DNA of 64,000 bases from Parvibaculaceae bacterium (GTDB lineage Bacteria > Pseudomonadota > Alphaproteobacteria > RS24): assembly GCA_965227805.1 (NCBI GenBank), contig CBDDGJ010000001.1, positions 34,249-98,248 on the forward strand. The letters run 5' to 3'. Under the pieces are notes generated by a model. The model did not search any database and was not told the origin of the DNA. It saw only the letters and a program-made list of their open reading frames with translations. This document shows, in pieces, positions 22,223 through 33,181 of the stretch. Every line of letters starts with the position of its first letter. Within the stretch, counting starts at the first letter, position 1. Made by a program: the position numbers and the translations under genes.

Positions 22223-24778
22223 TTAGCTTTTCTTTCGCGTTGTGCGTTTTTTTCGTGTTGTTCCCTTTGCGGCGCGTGCAGCGATAAGTTCAAGCGCACG
22301 TTCCACTGTTATATCTTCCGGGTTTTCACCTTTGGGAATTGTCGCATTTATTTTATCATTCTTGACATAAGGACCATAGCGCCCATCCAACACATTTATG
22401 GGCTTACCGTTTTCGGGATGATCACCCAATTCTTTAATGACGCTGCTGCCGCGTCTTTGCTGTGTGGTTTTATTTTTCTTTTCTGCAAGAACCGTTACCG
22501 CACGATTGATCCCAATATCAAACACCTCTTGTGTATTTTCTAGGCTGGCCGAATTTTTTCCGCTGCGAAGATAAGGGCCATAGCGGCCAATATCGGCGGT
22601 AATTGGGTCGCCGGTTTCGGGGTGCTCACCCACAAGGCGCGGTAAGGATAATAGCTGCAATGCATAGTCGAGCGTCATATCCTGCACAGTTTTATCTTTT
22701 GGCAGGCTTGCACGTTTGGGTTTTTTATTTTCTTCACTCACAGTGCCTTTTTGCACATAAGGGCCAAAGCGTCCGTTTTTAAGATGAATATCCTCACCGG
22801 TTTCGGGGTCTTGCCCGAGTATGTCATCGACATTTTCGCTTTCCGGTGCATCGCTCGCAAAGGGGCGGGTATATGTGCAGTCGGGATAAAGCGTGCAGCC
22901 GACAAAAGCACCAAAACGACCGGTTTTAAGGCTAAGCGCGCCATTGCTACAGCGCGGGCATATACGCGGATCATCCCCTTCATTACCGCTGGTGTTTTTG
23001 AAAATATGCTGCCCCAAAACATCATTCATACGATTGAGCACATCCGTATTCCGCAATTCAAGTGTGGTATCAACCGTAGGCTTAAAATCACGCCAAAACC
23101 GTGCGAGCAGGGCTTTATAGTCAAGTTCGCCATTTGAAACCTTATCCAAATCGCCTTCAAGCTCTGCTGTAAAATCATATTCAACATAGCGTGCAAAGAA
23201 ATTCTCCAGAAAGGCCGTTACAAGTCGCCCCTTATCATAGGGAACAAAGCGATTACGCTCCATTTGCACATAATCTCTGTCACGCAGCACCGATAGGACG
23301 CTGGCATAAGTTGAAGGCCGTCCGATTCCCAATTCTTCCATTTTCTTAACCAGGCTTGCCTCGCTATAGCGTGGTGGCGGTTCGGTAAAATGTTGTTGTG
23401 GGGTAATCGTTTCGTGGGCGAGCGCTTCGCCTTCTTTTACAGGCGGCAGGCGTTTTTCATCATCCGCATCATCAGCGCGTTTATCGTCATATCCTTCTTC
23501 ATAGAGCGAAAGAAAGCTCATAAAGGTGATGATTGTGCCGCTCGTGCGAAGTCCGATTTTTTTATCATCGCTCAAAATATCAATTACCGTGCGTTCTACG
23601 CGGGCATTTTCCATCTGGCATGCCAAAGTGCGTTTCCAGATAAGTTCATATAGCTTTTGTTCATCTTGTGTGAGCAGATGAGCGACATCCTCTGGTTTAC
23701 GCATAATAGACGTTGGACGTATTGCCTCATGCGCTTCTTGCGCATTGGCGGCTGTTTTGGTGTAAAGCCGTGGCTTTTGCGGCAAATAATCATCACCATA
23801 ATCGCGCTTAATCATATCACGAATTTCATGGCGTGCTTCGGCTGCAATATCCAGCCCGTCTGTGCGCATATAGGTGATAAGGCCGGTCGTCTCCCCGCTT
23901 ATGGATTTTCCTTCATAAAGTTTTTGCGCTGTTTGCATGGTGCGTTTTGCGTTAAAGCCCAATTTTCGTGCCGCTTCTTGTTGCAGGGTTGATGTCGTGA
24001 AAGGGGCGGAGGGACGCCTCTGCCCGGGTTTTTTCTCAACCTTGGTGATTGTAAACTGCGCGCGCTCAATTTGTGCGCAGGCATTTTGTGCATGGTCTTG
24101 TGTGCCAAGTGAAAATTTATCCAGTTTTTCGCCATCCAGCATAGTCAGGCGGGTAGGGAGCTTAGCCTTGTTTTCGGTCAGGCAGTCTACAATAATGCTC
24201 CAATATTCGCGTGGCTTAAATGCTTCGATTTCAATTTCACGTTCACAAATAAGCCGTAGGGCAACCGATTGCACACGTCCCGCCGAACGTGAACCGGGTA
24301 ATTTTCGCCATAAAACCGGCGATAGGGTGAAACCAACAAGGTAATCCAAAGCGCGGCGTGCAAGATAGGCATCAACCAGTTTTTCATCAAGTTCACGCGG
24401 ATGTGCCATTGCCTCCAATACAGCAGAACGCGTAATTGCATTAAACACCACACGACATATTTGTTTATCTTTCAAAACGCCTTTTTTTTGCATAACTTCG
24501 AGCACATGCCAGCTAATGGCTTCTCCCTCTCTGTCGGGGTCGGTGGCGAGCACCAGGCGATCGGCTGATTTTAAGGCTTGTGCAATTTCATTTAAGCGCT
24601 TAGACGCACTGGCTTGAATTTGCCAATCCATAGAAAAATCACGGTCAGGGTCAACAGAGCCATCTTTTTCCGGCAAATCGCGCACATGTCCGAAAGAGGC
24701 AAGCACTTTTGCATCTTTTCCCAGATATTTATTTATTGTGCCTGCTTTTGCCGGCGATTCAACAATGACGACATCCAT
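22223..24778 (-). CDS. topA: DNA topoisomerase I
   Basis: 851 aa. It has a TOPRIM N-terminus (MDVVIVESPAKAGTINKYLG), the active-site region GLITYMRTDG, and C-terminal Zn-ribbon-like repeats (GRFGPYV/GRYGPYL). Confidence 0.95.
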   Translation of the reverse strand: MDVVIVESPAKAGTINKYLGKDAKVLASFGHVRDLPEKDGSVDPDRDFSMDWQIQASASKRLNEIAQALKSADRLVLATDPDREGEAISWHVLEVMQKKGVLKDKQICRVVFNAITRSAVLEAMAHPRELDEKLVDAYLARRALDYLVGFTLSPVLWRKLPGSRSAGRVQSVALRLICEREIEIEAFKPREYWSIIVDCLTENKAKLPTRLTMLDGEKLDKFSLGTQDHAQNACAQIERAQFTITKVEKKPGQRRPSAPFTTSTLQQEAARKLGFNAKRTMQTAQKLYEGKSISGETTGLITYMRTDGLDIAAEARHEIRDMIKRDYGDDYLPQKPRLYTKTAANAQEAHEAIRPTSIMRKPEDVAHLLTQDEQKLYELIWKRTLACQMENARVERTVIDILSDDKKIGLRTSGTIITFMSFLSLYEEGYDDKRADDADDEKRLPPVKEGEALAHETITPQQHFTEPPPRYSEASLVKKMEELGIGRPSTYASVLSVLRDRDYVQMERNRFVPYDKGRLVTAFLENFFARYVEYDFTAELEGDLDKVSNGELDYKALLARFWRDFKPTVDTTLELRNTDVLNRMNDVLGQHIFKNTSGNEGDDPRICPRCSNGALSLKTGRFGAFVGCTLYPDCTYTRPFASDAPESENVDDILGQDPETGEDIHLKNGRFGPYVQKGTVSEENKKPKRASLPKDKTVQDMTLDYALQLLSLPRLVGEHPETGDPITADIGRYGPYLRSGKNSASLENTQEVFDIGINRAVTVLAEKKNKTTQQRRGSSVIKELGDHPENGKPINVLDGRYGPYVKNDKINATIPKGENPEDITVERALELIAARAAKGTTRKKRTTRKKS

Positions 24779-24961
24779 GACTTAACCTATCCGCATAATT
24801 ACTTTTGCATAAATGGGCAAAATATATGGTAATGTCAAATCTCTTTTTAGAAAAATTATAATCACGCGCAAAATTTTTATGGTTTCCGCATAAAATAAGT
24901 CATTGACTCGCGCATTAGTTGCTTTTATTGTTATAAATATCTTTATAGGTTAGTTTTATAT

Positions 24962-25129
24962 ATGAAAGCTAAACGCCCACAAAAACCCGAATTACAGCGC
25001 CGTAGTGAAGTGGCGGGCTATATTTATGAACATTTGCATATACTCCATGCGTTGAGTAAAGATGCGCATTGGCCGGAAATGGTCTACTTTATTGAAATGG
25101 CATTAAATGAAGCGGCGGACCATAAATAG
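24962..25129 (+). CDS. Hypothetical 55-aa protein (below the ORF-track cutoff)
   Basis: ATG..TAG ORF MKAKRPQKPELQRRSEVAGYIYEHLHILHALSKDAHWPEMVYFIEMALNEAADHK in the topA/dprA intergenic region. There is no recognisable domain and coding is unproven. Confidence 0.3.
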   Translation: MKAKRPQKPELQRRSEVAGYIYEHLHILHALSKDAHWPEMVYFIEMALNEAADHK

Positions 25130-25132
25130 GGT

Positions 25133-26251
25133 TTAGTTTTCGGAGGGAATAAGGCTAATGCCACCCCCGACCAGATCATAGGATAGGCGTCCGGCAAGCT
25201 CTAATTCAATCAAAACCACATTGACAACAGGCACTGGCAAGCCGCTATGTCGAATAAGCTCATCAATGTGAACTGCAGAAGGGCTTAGCAAAGATAAAAG
25301 TGCATTGCGGTCTTGCGGTGATATGTCTTGTGATTGTGGGCTGATAGTGACAATCGGTTTTTGCGGGCGCGTTTCAAACATATCTGTATGTGTGATCGAC
25401 TCAATCTCGTGCAATACATCCTCTGCCGTTTGTATGACCGTAGCCCCCGTTTTTAATAAGAGATTGCTTCCATGGCTGCGTGCTTCGGGCGCAAAGGGAA
25501 CGGCCATCACTTCACGTCCCTGATCGGCAGCCAGTTTCGCGGTGATAAGCGAGCCGGAGTCTTTTTTCGCCTCAATGACGAGCGCACCGAGCGAAAGCCC
25601 TGACACAATGCGATTGCGGCGTGGAAATTGCTGCGCGAGCGGCTTGGTGCCCGGCGGGTGCTCTGTGAGAATAAGACCGCTTTCACGAATTTGCGCTTGT
25701 AAAGCCGCATTATCTTTCGGGTAACTTATATCAATACCATTGGCGATAACGGCGATGGTGCCACCTGCCAAGGCGGCGTCATGGGCACAGCTATCTATGC
25801 CTCTTGCCAGGCCAGATACGATAATAATACCTTTCGCGCTAAGGGTGGCACAAATATTACGGGTTATTTTTTGTGCGGTTATAGAGGCGTTGCGTGACCC
25901 GACAACAGCAAGACATTGCTTTTTACACAAATCAAGTGCACCATAAGCCGTGATAAGTGGTGGGGGATCATAAATATGGGTAAGGTTATATGGGTAATCA
26001 TCATCCCCGAGGATAAGAATACGCCCGCCCATAGCTTCGGCCTGCTCAAATTCAGTCTTTGCTTGGGCGATGGGGAGTGGCTTTAATTTCCTCTTGCGCC
26101 CGCCACGTGCTGCGAGCTCAGGCAAAACCTTTAGGGCGTCTTGCGCGGTGCCGTAAGTGTTGCGTAGATGTTGAAAACTTATTGGCCCAACATTTTCCGT
26201 GCGTGCGAGCTGAATATTGGCGATGATATCATCATATGAAAAGGCGACCAT
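25133..26251 (-). CDS. dprA: DNA-processing protein DprA
   Basis: Rossmann-like core CLAVVGSRNASITAQKITRNI...IVSGLARGIDSCAHDAAL...TIAVIANGID. The C-terminus resembles a winged helix. Confidence 0.9.
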   Translation of the reverse strand: MVAFSYDDIIANIQLARTENVGPISFQHLRNTYGTAQDALKVLPELAARGGRKRKLKPLPIAQAKTEFEQAEAMGGRILILGDDDYPYNLTHIYDPPPLITAYGALDLCKKQCLAVVGSRNASITAQKITRNICATLSAKGIIIVSGLARGIDSCAHDAALAGGTIAVIANGIDISYPKDNAALQAQIRESGLILTEHPPGTKPLAQQFPRRNRIVSGLSLGALVIEAKKDSGSLITAKLAADQGREVMAVPFAPEARSHGSNLLLKTGATVIQTAEDVLHEIESITHTDMFETRPQKPIVTISPQSQDISPQDRNALLSLLSPSAVHIDELIRHSGLPVPVVNVVLIELELAGRLSYDLVGGGISLIPSEN

Positions 26252-26260
26252 ATAGTTCCT

Positions 26261-26845
26261 TTATTTTTGTCCAATGCGTGGTTCTTCACCTCGGATTAAA
26301 CGTCCAATATTTTCACGATGCGTGAAAACAACAATAAAAGATAGCACTATAGTAAAATAGGCAAGCTCTTTTGTTTCAAAAAAGAATAGATAAATCGGGG
26401 TTAAAACACAAGCTATAAGTGCACTAAGCGAAGACATACGAAAGACAAAGGCGCTACCGATCCATAGGAGGCAAAAGCATAAAGCGCCATAGGGGGATAG
26501 GCCAAGTAATGCGCCGATATAAACAGCAATCCCCTTGCCGCCGCGAAACCGGAGCCAGATAGGGGCTATATGCCCGATAAAGGCTGCAAAACCGGCAAGC
26601 ATACCGGCAGTGGGGCTTATATAATATGTGAATACAAAAACGGGTAATGCGCTTTTTGCACTATCCGCAAGTAAGGTGAGGAGCGCAAGGCTTTTTCTTC
26701 CTGTGCGTAAAACATTTGTCGTGCCAATATTGCCCGAGCCTAAAGCGCGTATATCGCCCAGACCAGCCAGACGGGTGAAGAGTAATCCGTAAGGAACGGA
26801 ACCAGATAAATAACCGATAAATAAGGCGATAGCGAGCATAGTCAT
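26261..26845 (-). CDS. plsY: Glycerol-3-phosphate acyltransferase PlsY
   Basis: 194-aa membrane protein with motifs GSGNIGTTNVLRTGRK and FRGGKGIA. Confidence 0.9.
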   Translation of the reverse strand: MTMLAIALFIGYLSGSVPYGLLFTRLAGLGDIRALGSGNIGTTNVLRTGRKSLALLTLLADSAKSALPVFVFTYYISPTAGMLAGFAAFIGHIAPIWLRFRGGKGIAVYIGALLGLSPYGALCFCLLWIGSAFVFRMSSLSALIACVLTPIYLFFFETKELAYFTIVLSFIVVFTHRENIGRLIRGEEPRIGQK

Positions 26846-28128
26846 AATGTTTTCTCTCTTTCATAGACACATATACCATCCACATAAGTGGCCTGCACAT
26901 ACCCTTGTAAATAACGCCCATCCATTGCAGCATTTTTTGATTTGGATGACAACATGGCTGCGTTTACCTGCCAGGGGCTTTCACTATTGATAAGGCATAA
27001 ATCTGCTGCATATCCTGGTTTTAAGCTCCCCCCTGCAAGGCCAAGCAATTTTGCGGGGTTACACGTAACGGCGGCAAGTAAATGCGATAATGAGATATTT
27101 TCGCTATGATGCAGGCTAATCAGACTCGGCAACAGCATTTCCAAACCAACCGACCCATAAGCTGCTTGTGCAAAGGGTTGGCGTTTGGCTTCTGCATCTT
27201 GCGGATTATGTGCGGAAACCACCGCATCAATGGTGCCATCTGCAACACCTTGCACCAGCGCTTTGCGGTCTGCCTCGCTACGCAAGGGGGGCGAGAGCTT
27301 GGCAAAGCTACGATAATTCATAACATCCGTTTCGTTGAGCATAAGATGATTGACGGAAACCGAACAGCTTATCGGTAAGCCGCGTGCTTTTGCAGCGGCA
27401 ATGGCGGCGACGCTTTCGGCGGCAGAAATTTGCGCAACATGATAGCGCGCGCCCGTAAGCTCAACCAACCGAATATCTCTGTCAATTATACTGGTTTCTG
27501 CTGCAACCGGAATGCCGGCAAGCCCCATACGTGTCGCCAGCTCTCCTTCATGCATCACCCCAAAGCCTAAATGCGGGTCAAGCGCATGGTGCATGAGCAA
27601 TGTATCAAAATTAGCAGCATAAGCAAGCGCCCGGCGCATGGTGAGGGCATTCATCACACATTGGTCTGCATTGGTAAAGGCCACCGCACCTGCCTCGCTC
27701 AATAGACCAAACTCGGTGAGTATATCCCCCGTACAATTTTGGGTAATGGCCGCCATAGGAAAGACACGCACTGCGGCCGTATCACGCGCGCGGCGCAAGA
27801 TAAAATCGACCAAAGCTGCATCATCTATTGCCGGGTGCGTATTGGGCATAACCACCATGCTTGTAACGCCCCCTTTTTTCGCTGCATTAGATGCTGTTGC
27901 TAAAGTTTCTCTATGTTCTTCTCCCGGTTCACCGGTGAAAACTTGCATATCAATCAGCCCGGGAATAAGCATCTGCCCGTCACATGTGATAATTTCTGCA
28001 TCTTCAGGGCAGGTAATATCTTCACCAAGCGCGATAATTTTGCCATCAGCAATAAGCAAATTACCCTTTATATCGATAGAATTGGCATAATCCAGAATAT
28101 GCGCATTTCGGAAAAAAAGCGAGGTCAT
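26842..28128 (-). CDS. Dihydroorotase-like protein, probably non-catalytic (PyrC'/PyrX type)
   Basis: 428-aa amidohydrolase fold that overlaps pyrB. Expected metal and catalytic positions are substituted: [13 protein letters not shown] where DxHxH is expected, HVAQIS where HVxHxS is expected, and SAHNPQ where DHAPH is expected. Confidence 0.8.
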   Translation of the reverse strand: MTSLFFRNAHILDYANSIDIKGNLLIADGKIIALGEDITCPEDAEIITCDGQMLIPGLIDMQVFTGEPGEEHRETLATASNAAKKGGVTSMVVMPNTHPAIDDAALVDFILRRARDTAAVRVFPMAAITQNCTGDILTEFGLLSEAGAVAFTNADQCVMNALTMRRALAYAANFDTLLMHHALDPHLGFGVMHEGELATRMGLAGIPVAAETSIIDRDIRLVELTGARYHVAQISAAESVAAIAAAKARGLPISCSVSVNHLMLNETDVMNYRSFAKLSPPLRSEADRKALVQGVADGTIDAVVSAHNPQDAEAKRQPFAQAAYGSVGLEMLLPSLISLHHSENISLSHLLAAVTCNPAKLLGLAGGSLKPGYAADLCLINSESPWQVNAAMLSSKSKNAAMDGRYLQGYVQATYVDGICVYEREKTL

Positions 28129-29087
28129 GCGATCTCCGTTGCATGGGCAAGGTTTTCGGCCAGGGCCTCAAGTGCCGCCATGCGCACGGCAACACCCATC
28201 TCCACCTGATCACCAATGAGACTGATTTTAGGGTCATCCGCCAGCAAACTATCTATTTCAACCCCGCGATTCATCGGTCCTGGATGCATAATCAGTGCAT
28301 CTGGTTTGGCAAAGGAAAGTTTTTGTGCATTTAATCCGTAAAGTTGATAATATTCGCGCGTGGATGGAATAAGGCGACCAGCCATGCGTTCATTTTGTAG
28401 GCGCAACATCATCACAATATCACATCCTTCTAATCCGTATTGCATATGATTGAAAATATGAACGCCAAGCCGTTCTATGCCGCGCGGCATAAGTGTGGTT
28501 GGTGCCACCACATTAACCTGTGCACCCAGCATGGTAAGCAGCAAAATATTAGAGCGCGCCACCCGCGAATGGGCAATATCTCCGCATATGGCAATTTTCA
28601 AGCCTTCAATTTTTCCTAAGCGCCGTCTTATGGTGAGGGCATCTAATAGGGCTTGGGTTGGGTGCTCATGCGTGCCGTCACCGGCATTGAGCACGGCACA
28701 GCTTACTTTTTGCGATAATAGTTCAACCGCACCACTTTCGCCATGGCGCACAACAAGCAAATCCGGGTTCATGGCATTTAGCGTTGCTGCCGTATCGAGC
28801 AATGTTTCCCCTTTACTTACAGCAGATGCAGGAATATTCATATTCATCACATCGGCGCCCAATCGTTTTCCAGCCAGCTCAAAAGAGCTTTGTGTGCGCG
28901 TAGAGCTTTCAAAAAATAAATTGATGAGTGTGCGTCCGCGCAAAATATTATGTTTTTTATCGGCGCGCCGATTAAGCGCAACATAGTGATCGGCTAAATC
29001 CAATAATGCCGTAATATCATCCAGTGTCAGGCCATCTATTGCCAGCAAATGTTTATGGGGAAATTTTTTTAATGTGGCTTTATTCAT
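28125..29087 (-). CDS. pyrB: Aspartate carbamoyltransferase catalytic chain
   Basis: Motifs [28 protein letters not shown] and [11 protein letters not shown]. Confidence 0.95.
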   Translation of the reverse strand: MNKATLKKFPHKHLLAIDGLTLDDITALLDLADHYVALNRRADKKHNILRGRTLINLFFESSTRTQSSFELAGKRLGADVMNMNIPASAVSKGETLLDTAATLNAMNPDLLVVRHGESGAVELLSQKVSCAVLNAGDGTHEHPTQALLDALTIRRRLGKIEGLKIAICGDIAHSRVARSNILLLTMLGAQVNVVAPTTLMPRGIERLGVHIFNHMQYGLEGCDIVMMLRLQNERMAGRLIPSTREYYQLYGLNAQKLSFAKPDALIMHPGPMNRGVEIDSLLADDPKISLIGDQVEMGVAVRMAALEALAENLAHATEIA

Positions 29088-29130
29088 TAAAGATATAGCC
29101 TATAGGCTTTTTTATACCAAATAGCAAGCA

Positions 29131-29613
29131 TTATGTAGCTGTGCGCCAATAAAAATCGAGATAACCTTGCAAAATATAGGCAGCGGCCATTTTATCAACG
29201 ACTTGCGCCCGTTTGGCGCGGCTGGCATCGGCGCTTAGTAAGGTGCGGGTAACGGCCTGTGTCGACATGCGTTCATCCCATAATCCGAAAGCGAGATCGG
29301 GGAAGCCATCATGCGCTTCTAAATTGCGGATAAAACGATATGTTGCCTGCACACGCGGGCCCTTGCTGCCATCCATATTAAGCGGCAGACCGCATATAAT
29401 CGCCCCAATATTTTCATTGTCTATGATTGTTTTTAGCTGTTCAGAATCTTGCATAAATTTACGCCGCTTTATTGTATCAAATGGGGTTGCGATTTTTTGT
29501 GATGTATCGGATAGAGACAGGCCAATGGTTTTGCTTCCCAAATCGAGCCCAAGCAGCCTTTGCCCTTTTGCCAGCTGTGGAATGAGTGATTTTATATCAT
29601 CAATAATAGCCAT
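29131..29613 (-). CDS. ruvX: Holliday-junction-resolvase-like nuclease RuvX/YqgF
   Basis: LLGLDLGSKTIGLSLSD...DERMSTQAV...VDKMAAAYILQGYLD. Confidence 0.9.
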   Translation of the reverse strand: MAIIDDIKSLIPQLAKGQRLLGLDLGSKTIGLSLSDTSQKIATPFDTIKRRKFMQDSEQLKTIIDNENIGAIICGLPLNMDGSKGPRVQATYRFIRNLEAHDGFPDLAFGLWDERMSTQAVTRTLLSADASRAKRAQVVDKMAAAYILQGYLDFYWRTAT

Positions 29614-29729
29614 ATCTATTTATAGGGGGGATTATGCTTTCTGTCTAAAATAATCTTAGGCAATCATATTGCTTTCGTGTAGGGAAGTTGCTAATTATCC
29701 GTGGCGATGAATGGCCGTAAGGAGACGCA

Positions 29730-30017
29730 ATGTCGATTGATGAAAAAACCGTAAAGCATATTGCGACCCTGTCGCGTATTGCCGTAGCGGATAATGAGAT
29801 TAGCGATATGACGCAGCGGCTTTCGGATATTTTGACCTTTGTCGAACAGCTTAATGAGCTTGATACGCGCGCGATTGCCCCTATGACAGGTGCTATGGAT
29901 ATTGCAATGAAACAACGTGCTGATAAAGTTACGGATGGGGGCTATGTTGCGGATATTGTGGCCAATGCGCCGCAAAGCGATGATGATTATTTTGTTGTGC
30001 CAAAAGTTGTAGACTAG
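29730..30017 (+). CDS. gatC: Glu/Asp-tRNA amidotransferase subunit C
   Basis: 95 aa beginning [19 protein letters not shown]. It is preceded by the RBS aaggag and followed by gatA and gatB. Confidence 0.9.
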   Translation: MSIDEKTVKHIATLSRIAVADNEISDMTQRLSDILTFVEQLNELDTRAIAPMTGAMDIAMKQRADKVTDGGYVADIVANAPQSDDDYFVVPKVVD

Positions 30018-30021
30018 CATT

Positions 30022-31518
30022 ATGGATGAACTGGTAAAACTCAATTTACATCAAGCGCGCGACGGTTTGCGCGCCGGTGCGTTTTCTGCAACCGAGCTTA
30101 CGCAGGCACATATTGAGGCGATGCAGTGTGCCCAGGCGCTCAATGCCGTTATTGTGGAAACCCCCGAACACGCATTAAATATGGCCGCCAAAGCCGATGC
30201 ACGGCTTAAAGCAGGTGAAGCGCGTGCCTTAGAAGGTTTGCCGATAGGGGTTAAGGATTTATTTTGCACAAAAGCTGTGCATAGCGCGGCTTGTTCCAGA
30301 ATTCTCGGAGAATTTGCGCCGCCCTATGAATCATATGTAACACAAAAATTGTGGCAAAGCGGTGCCGTTATGCTGGGCAAGCTGAATATGGATGAATTTG
30401 CTATGGGCTCATCCAATGAAAGTTCTGCTTATGGTGCGGTGATCAATCCGTGGCGGCGGGCGGGAGATGACACCCCACTTGTGCCGGGCGGATCATCGGG
30501 GGGATCATCGGCGGCAGTGGCTGCACATATCGGTGTGGCTGCTACGGCAACTGATACGGGCGGGTCTATTCGTCAACCGGCAGCGTTTACGGGCACGGTG
30601 GGGCTCAAACCCACTTATGGCCGTTGTTCGCGCTGGGGTATTATTGCCTTTGCCTCTTCGCTGGATCAAGCTGGTGTGATTAGCCGTAATGTGCGCGATG
30701 CAGCAATTATGCTGGAAGTTATGGCAGGGCATGATGCGCGTGATACGACCAGCGTTGATGTGCCTGTGCCCGCTTATGAAGCTGCCTTAACGGGGGATAT
30801 TAAAGGCATGCGCATTGGTATTCCACGTGAATACCGTCAGGATGGCATGCCGAAAAAAATTGAAGATTTATGGCAGCAAGGCATAGAGTGGTTAAAGGCG
30901 CAAGGCGCACAGATTGTCGATGTGAGCTTGCCGCATACCAAATATGCACTACCGGCTTATTATATTATTGCGCCGGCTGAGGCGTCATCTAATTTGGCAC
31001 GCTATGACGGGGTGCGTTATGGTATGCGCGTTGCGGGTCAGGATATCAATGATATGTATGCCCAAACCCGCGCGGCAGGCTTTGGTGATGAGGTGAAGCG
31101 GCGCATTATGATCGGTACTTATGTTTTATCTTCTGGCTATTATGATGCCTATTATGTAAAGGCGCTCAAGGTGCGCAGGCTCATTGCGGATGATTTTGCG
31201 AAAGCCTATGAAAGCTGCGATATGTTGCTGACACCGACAACCCCCGGTGCCGCTTTTGCCGTGGGCGAAAAAAATGATAATCCGCTGGATATGTATCTTA
31301 ATGATGTCTTTACTGTAACGGTTAATCTGGCCGGTTTGCCGGCTATTTCTGTGCCATGCGGTTTAGATGATAGCGGGCTTCCTCTAGGGTTACAGCTTAT
31401 CGGCAAAGCATTTGGTGAAGAAGATTTATTGCGTGCAGCCCATGCGCTTGAGCAGGCAGCTCATTTCACCGCCCACCCAACCCCGTGGTGGCGCACAAAT
31501 AAAGGGCAAAGCATATGA
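30022..31518 (+). CDS. gatA: Glu/Asp-tRNA amidotransferase subunit A
   Basis: Amidase signature [13 protein letters not shown]...[14 protein letters not shown]. Confidence 0.95.
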   Translation: MDELVKLNLHQARDGLRAGAFSATELTQAHIEAMQCAQALNAVIVETPEHALNMAAKADARLKAGEARALEGLPIGVKDLFCTKAVHSAACSRILGEFAPPYESYVTQKLWQSGAVMLGKLNMDEFAMGSSNESSAYGAVINPWRRAGDDTPLVPGGSSGGSSAAVAAHIGVAATATDTGGSIRQPAAFTGTVGLKPTYGRCSRWGIIAFASSLDQAGVISRNVRDAAIMLEVMAGHDARDTTSVDVPVPAYEAALTGDIKGMRIGIPREYRQDGMPKKIEDLWQQGIEWLKAQGAQIVDVSLPHTKYALPAYYIIAPAEASSNLARYDGVRYGMRVAGQDINDMYAQTRAAGFGDEVKRRIMIGTYVLSSGYYDAYYVKALKVRRLIADDFAKAYESCDMLLTPTTPGAAFAVGEKNDNPLDMYLNDVFTVTVNLAGLPAISVPCGLDDSGLPLGLQLIGKAFGEEDLLRAAHALEQAAHFTAHPTPWWRTNKGQSI

Positions 31519-32990
31519 CACATAATTATATTATGGGAGCAACCGGAGACTGGGAGATTGTGCTTGGTCTTGAGGTTCATGCACAAATTATGTCTGATGC
31601 AAAACTATTTTCCGGCGCGGCAACGGCTTATGGGGCCCTGCCAAACACACAGGTTTCGCTTATTGATGCGGCTATGCCGGGCATGTTGCCCGTAATCAAT
31701 CAAAAATGCGTGGAGCAGGCAGTGCGCACTGGTTTGGGGCTTAAAGCCAAGATAAATTGTGAATCAATATTTGACCGAAAAAACTATTTTTATCCTGACC
31801 TGCCACAAGGCTATCAAATCTCGCAATATCAGCACCCAATTGTTGGTGAGGGGATCATTGAGATAGATTTAGATGATGGTGTCGTTAAAAAAATTGGTAT
31901 TGAACGCTTACACCTTGAGCAAGATGCCGGAAAATCCATGCATGACCAGCACCCGGAGCTAAGTTTTGTTGACTTAAATCGTTCTGGCATTGCATTGATG
32001 GAGATTGTCTCCAAACCCGATATGCGTTCGGCTGCCGAAGCACAGGCCTATGTGAAAAAATTGCGCACCATTATGCGTTATTTGGGCACATGTGATGGGA
32101 ATATGGAGCAGGGGAGTTTACGCGCTGATGTGAATGTGTCTGTGCGCCGCCCGGGTGAGGATTTGGGAACACGGTGTGAAATCAAGAATGTAAATTCCAT
32201 TCGTTTTATTGGCCAGGCGATTGAAAGTGAAGCGCGCCGCCAGATTGCTATTTTGGAAGATGGGGGCACGATTGCTCAGGAAACCCGCTTATTCGACCCC
32301 AAAAACGGGGAGACTCGTTCTATGCGCTCGAAAGAAGAAGCGCATGATTATCGCTATTTTCCTGATCCCGATCTTGTGCCCCTGCGGTTTACGCAAGACT
32401 GGGTGAATGAGATAGCGGAAACCTTGCCTGAACTGCCAGATGAAAAAAAATCCCGCTTTATCAATGATTATGGCCTGTCAGCTTATGATGCGGGTATTTT
32501 GACTGATGAAGCTGAAAATGCGGCATTTTTTGAGCAAGCAGCCCATGGGCGCGATGCCAAGCAGGTTGCGAATATGGTGATTGGCAGTGTATTTGCGGGG
32601 CTGAATAAATCGGGGCTTGCGATTGTGGATTGCCCGGTAAAGCCAGAGCAAATCGGGCAATTAGTCGATTTGGTGAGCAATGACACAATTTCAGGGCGTA
32701 TCGCCAAAGACGTATTTGATATGATGTTTTATGCAGGCGATATGCAAGGCAAAGACCCGGCTGTGATTGTCGCGGCAAAGGGCTTAAAACAAGTCACCGA
32801 TATGGGGGCGATAGAAGCCGCGGTTGACGCGGTGATTGCGGCCAATCCCGATAAGGTGGAACAGGCCAAAGCGCGGCCTAAAATGGCGGGCTGGTTTGTC
32901 GGGCAAGTCATGCAGGCAACGGAAGGGAAAGCCAACCCGCAAGCTGTAAATAAGCTGGTGCACGAAAAATTAGATATGGGTCTGACATAG
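31515..32990 (+). CDS. gatB: Glu/Asp-tRNA amidotransferase subunit B
   Basis: [13 protein letters not shown]..., [16 protein letters not shown] and LEQDAGKS. Confidence 0.95.
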   Translation: MTHNYIMGATGDWEIVLGLEVHAQIMSDAKLFSGAATAYGALPNTQVSLIDAAMPGMLPVINQKCVEQAVRTGLGLKAKINCESIFDRKNYFYPDLPQGYQISQYQHPIVGEGIIEIDLDDGVVKKIGIERLHLEQDAGKSMHDQHPELSFVDLNRSGIALMEIVSKPDMRSAAEAQAYVKKLRTIMRYLGTCDGNMEQGSLRADVNVSVRRPGEDLGTRCEIKNVNSIRFIGQAIESEARRQIAILEDGGTIAQETRLFDPKNGETRSMRSKEEAHDYRYFPDPDLVPLRFTQDWVNEIAETLPELPDEKKSRFINDYGLSAYDAGILTDEAENAAFFEQAAHGRDAKQVANMVIGSVFAGLNKSGLAIVDCPVKPEQIGQLVDLVSNDTISGRIAKDVFDMMFYAGDMQGKDPAVIVAAKGLKQVTDMGAIEAAVDAVIAANPDKVEQAKARPKMAGWFVGQVMQATEGKANPQAVNKLVHEKLDMGLT

Positions 32991-33005
32991 ATAATAGTTT
33001 ATTTT

Positions 33006-33153
33006 TTACTTGAACCACCATTTTATCAGAACTGTGCTCATGTTCGCAACAGGCCGATAGTTGAACCGCCATTCACACTCTTTGATAAAGAGGTGAAAGT
33101 GCTCTTTGAGGATGCCATTGTAGCGCCAGAGGTGGCGCTTTGACTGGTTCCAG
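33006..33153 (-). pseudogene. C-terminal stub of an IS1595-family transposase
   Basis: The minus-strand translation (H)WNQSKRHLWRYNGILKEHFHLFIKECEWRFNYRPVANMSTVLIKWWFK* matches the characteristic IS1595/ISXO2-like C-terminus (..FNGI.KEHF.L.LKECE.RFN). Its upstream part has been replaced by the IS3-family element that starts at 33154. Confidence 0.6.
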
Positions 33154-33181
33154 TGGTCAACCCCGGATTTATGTTCCACTT

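Noticed and set aside
32991-33180. Search for a tRNA gene or att repeat at the island borders (56887-56923 was also checked).
   Set aside because: I found no cloverleaf-compatible sequence, no GGTTCGA-type T-arm and no direct repeats shared by the two borders. The left border is instead an IS1595 transposase stub.
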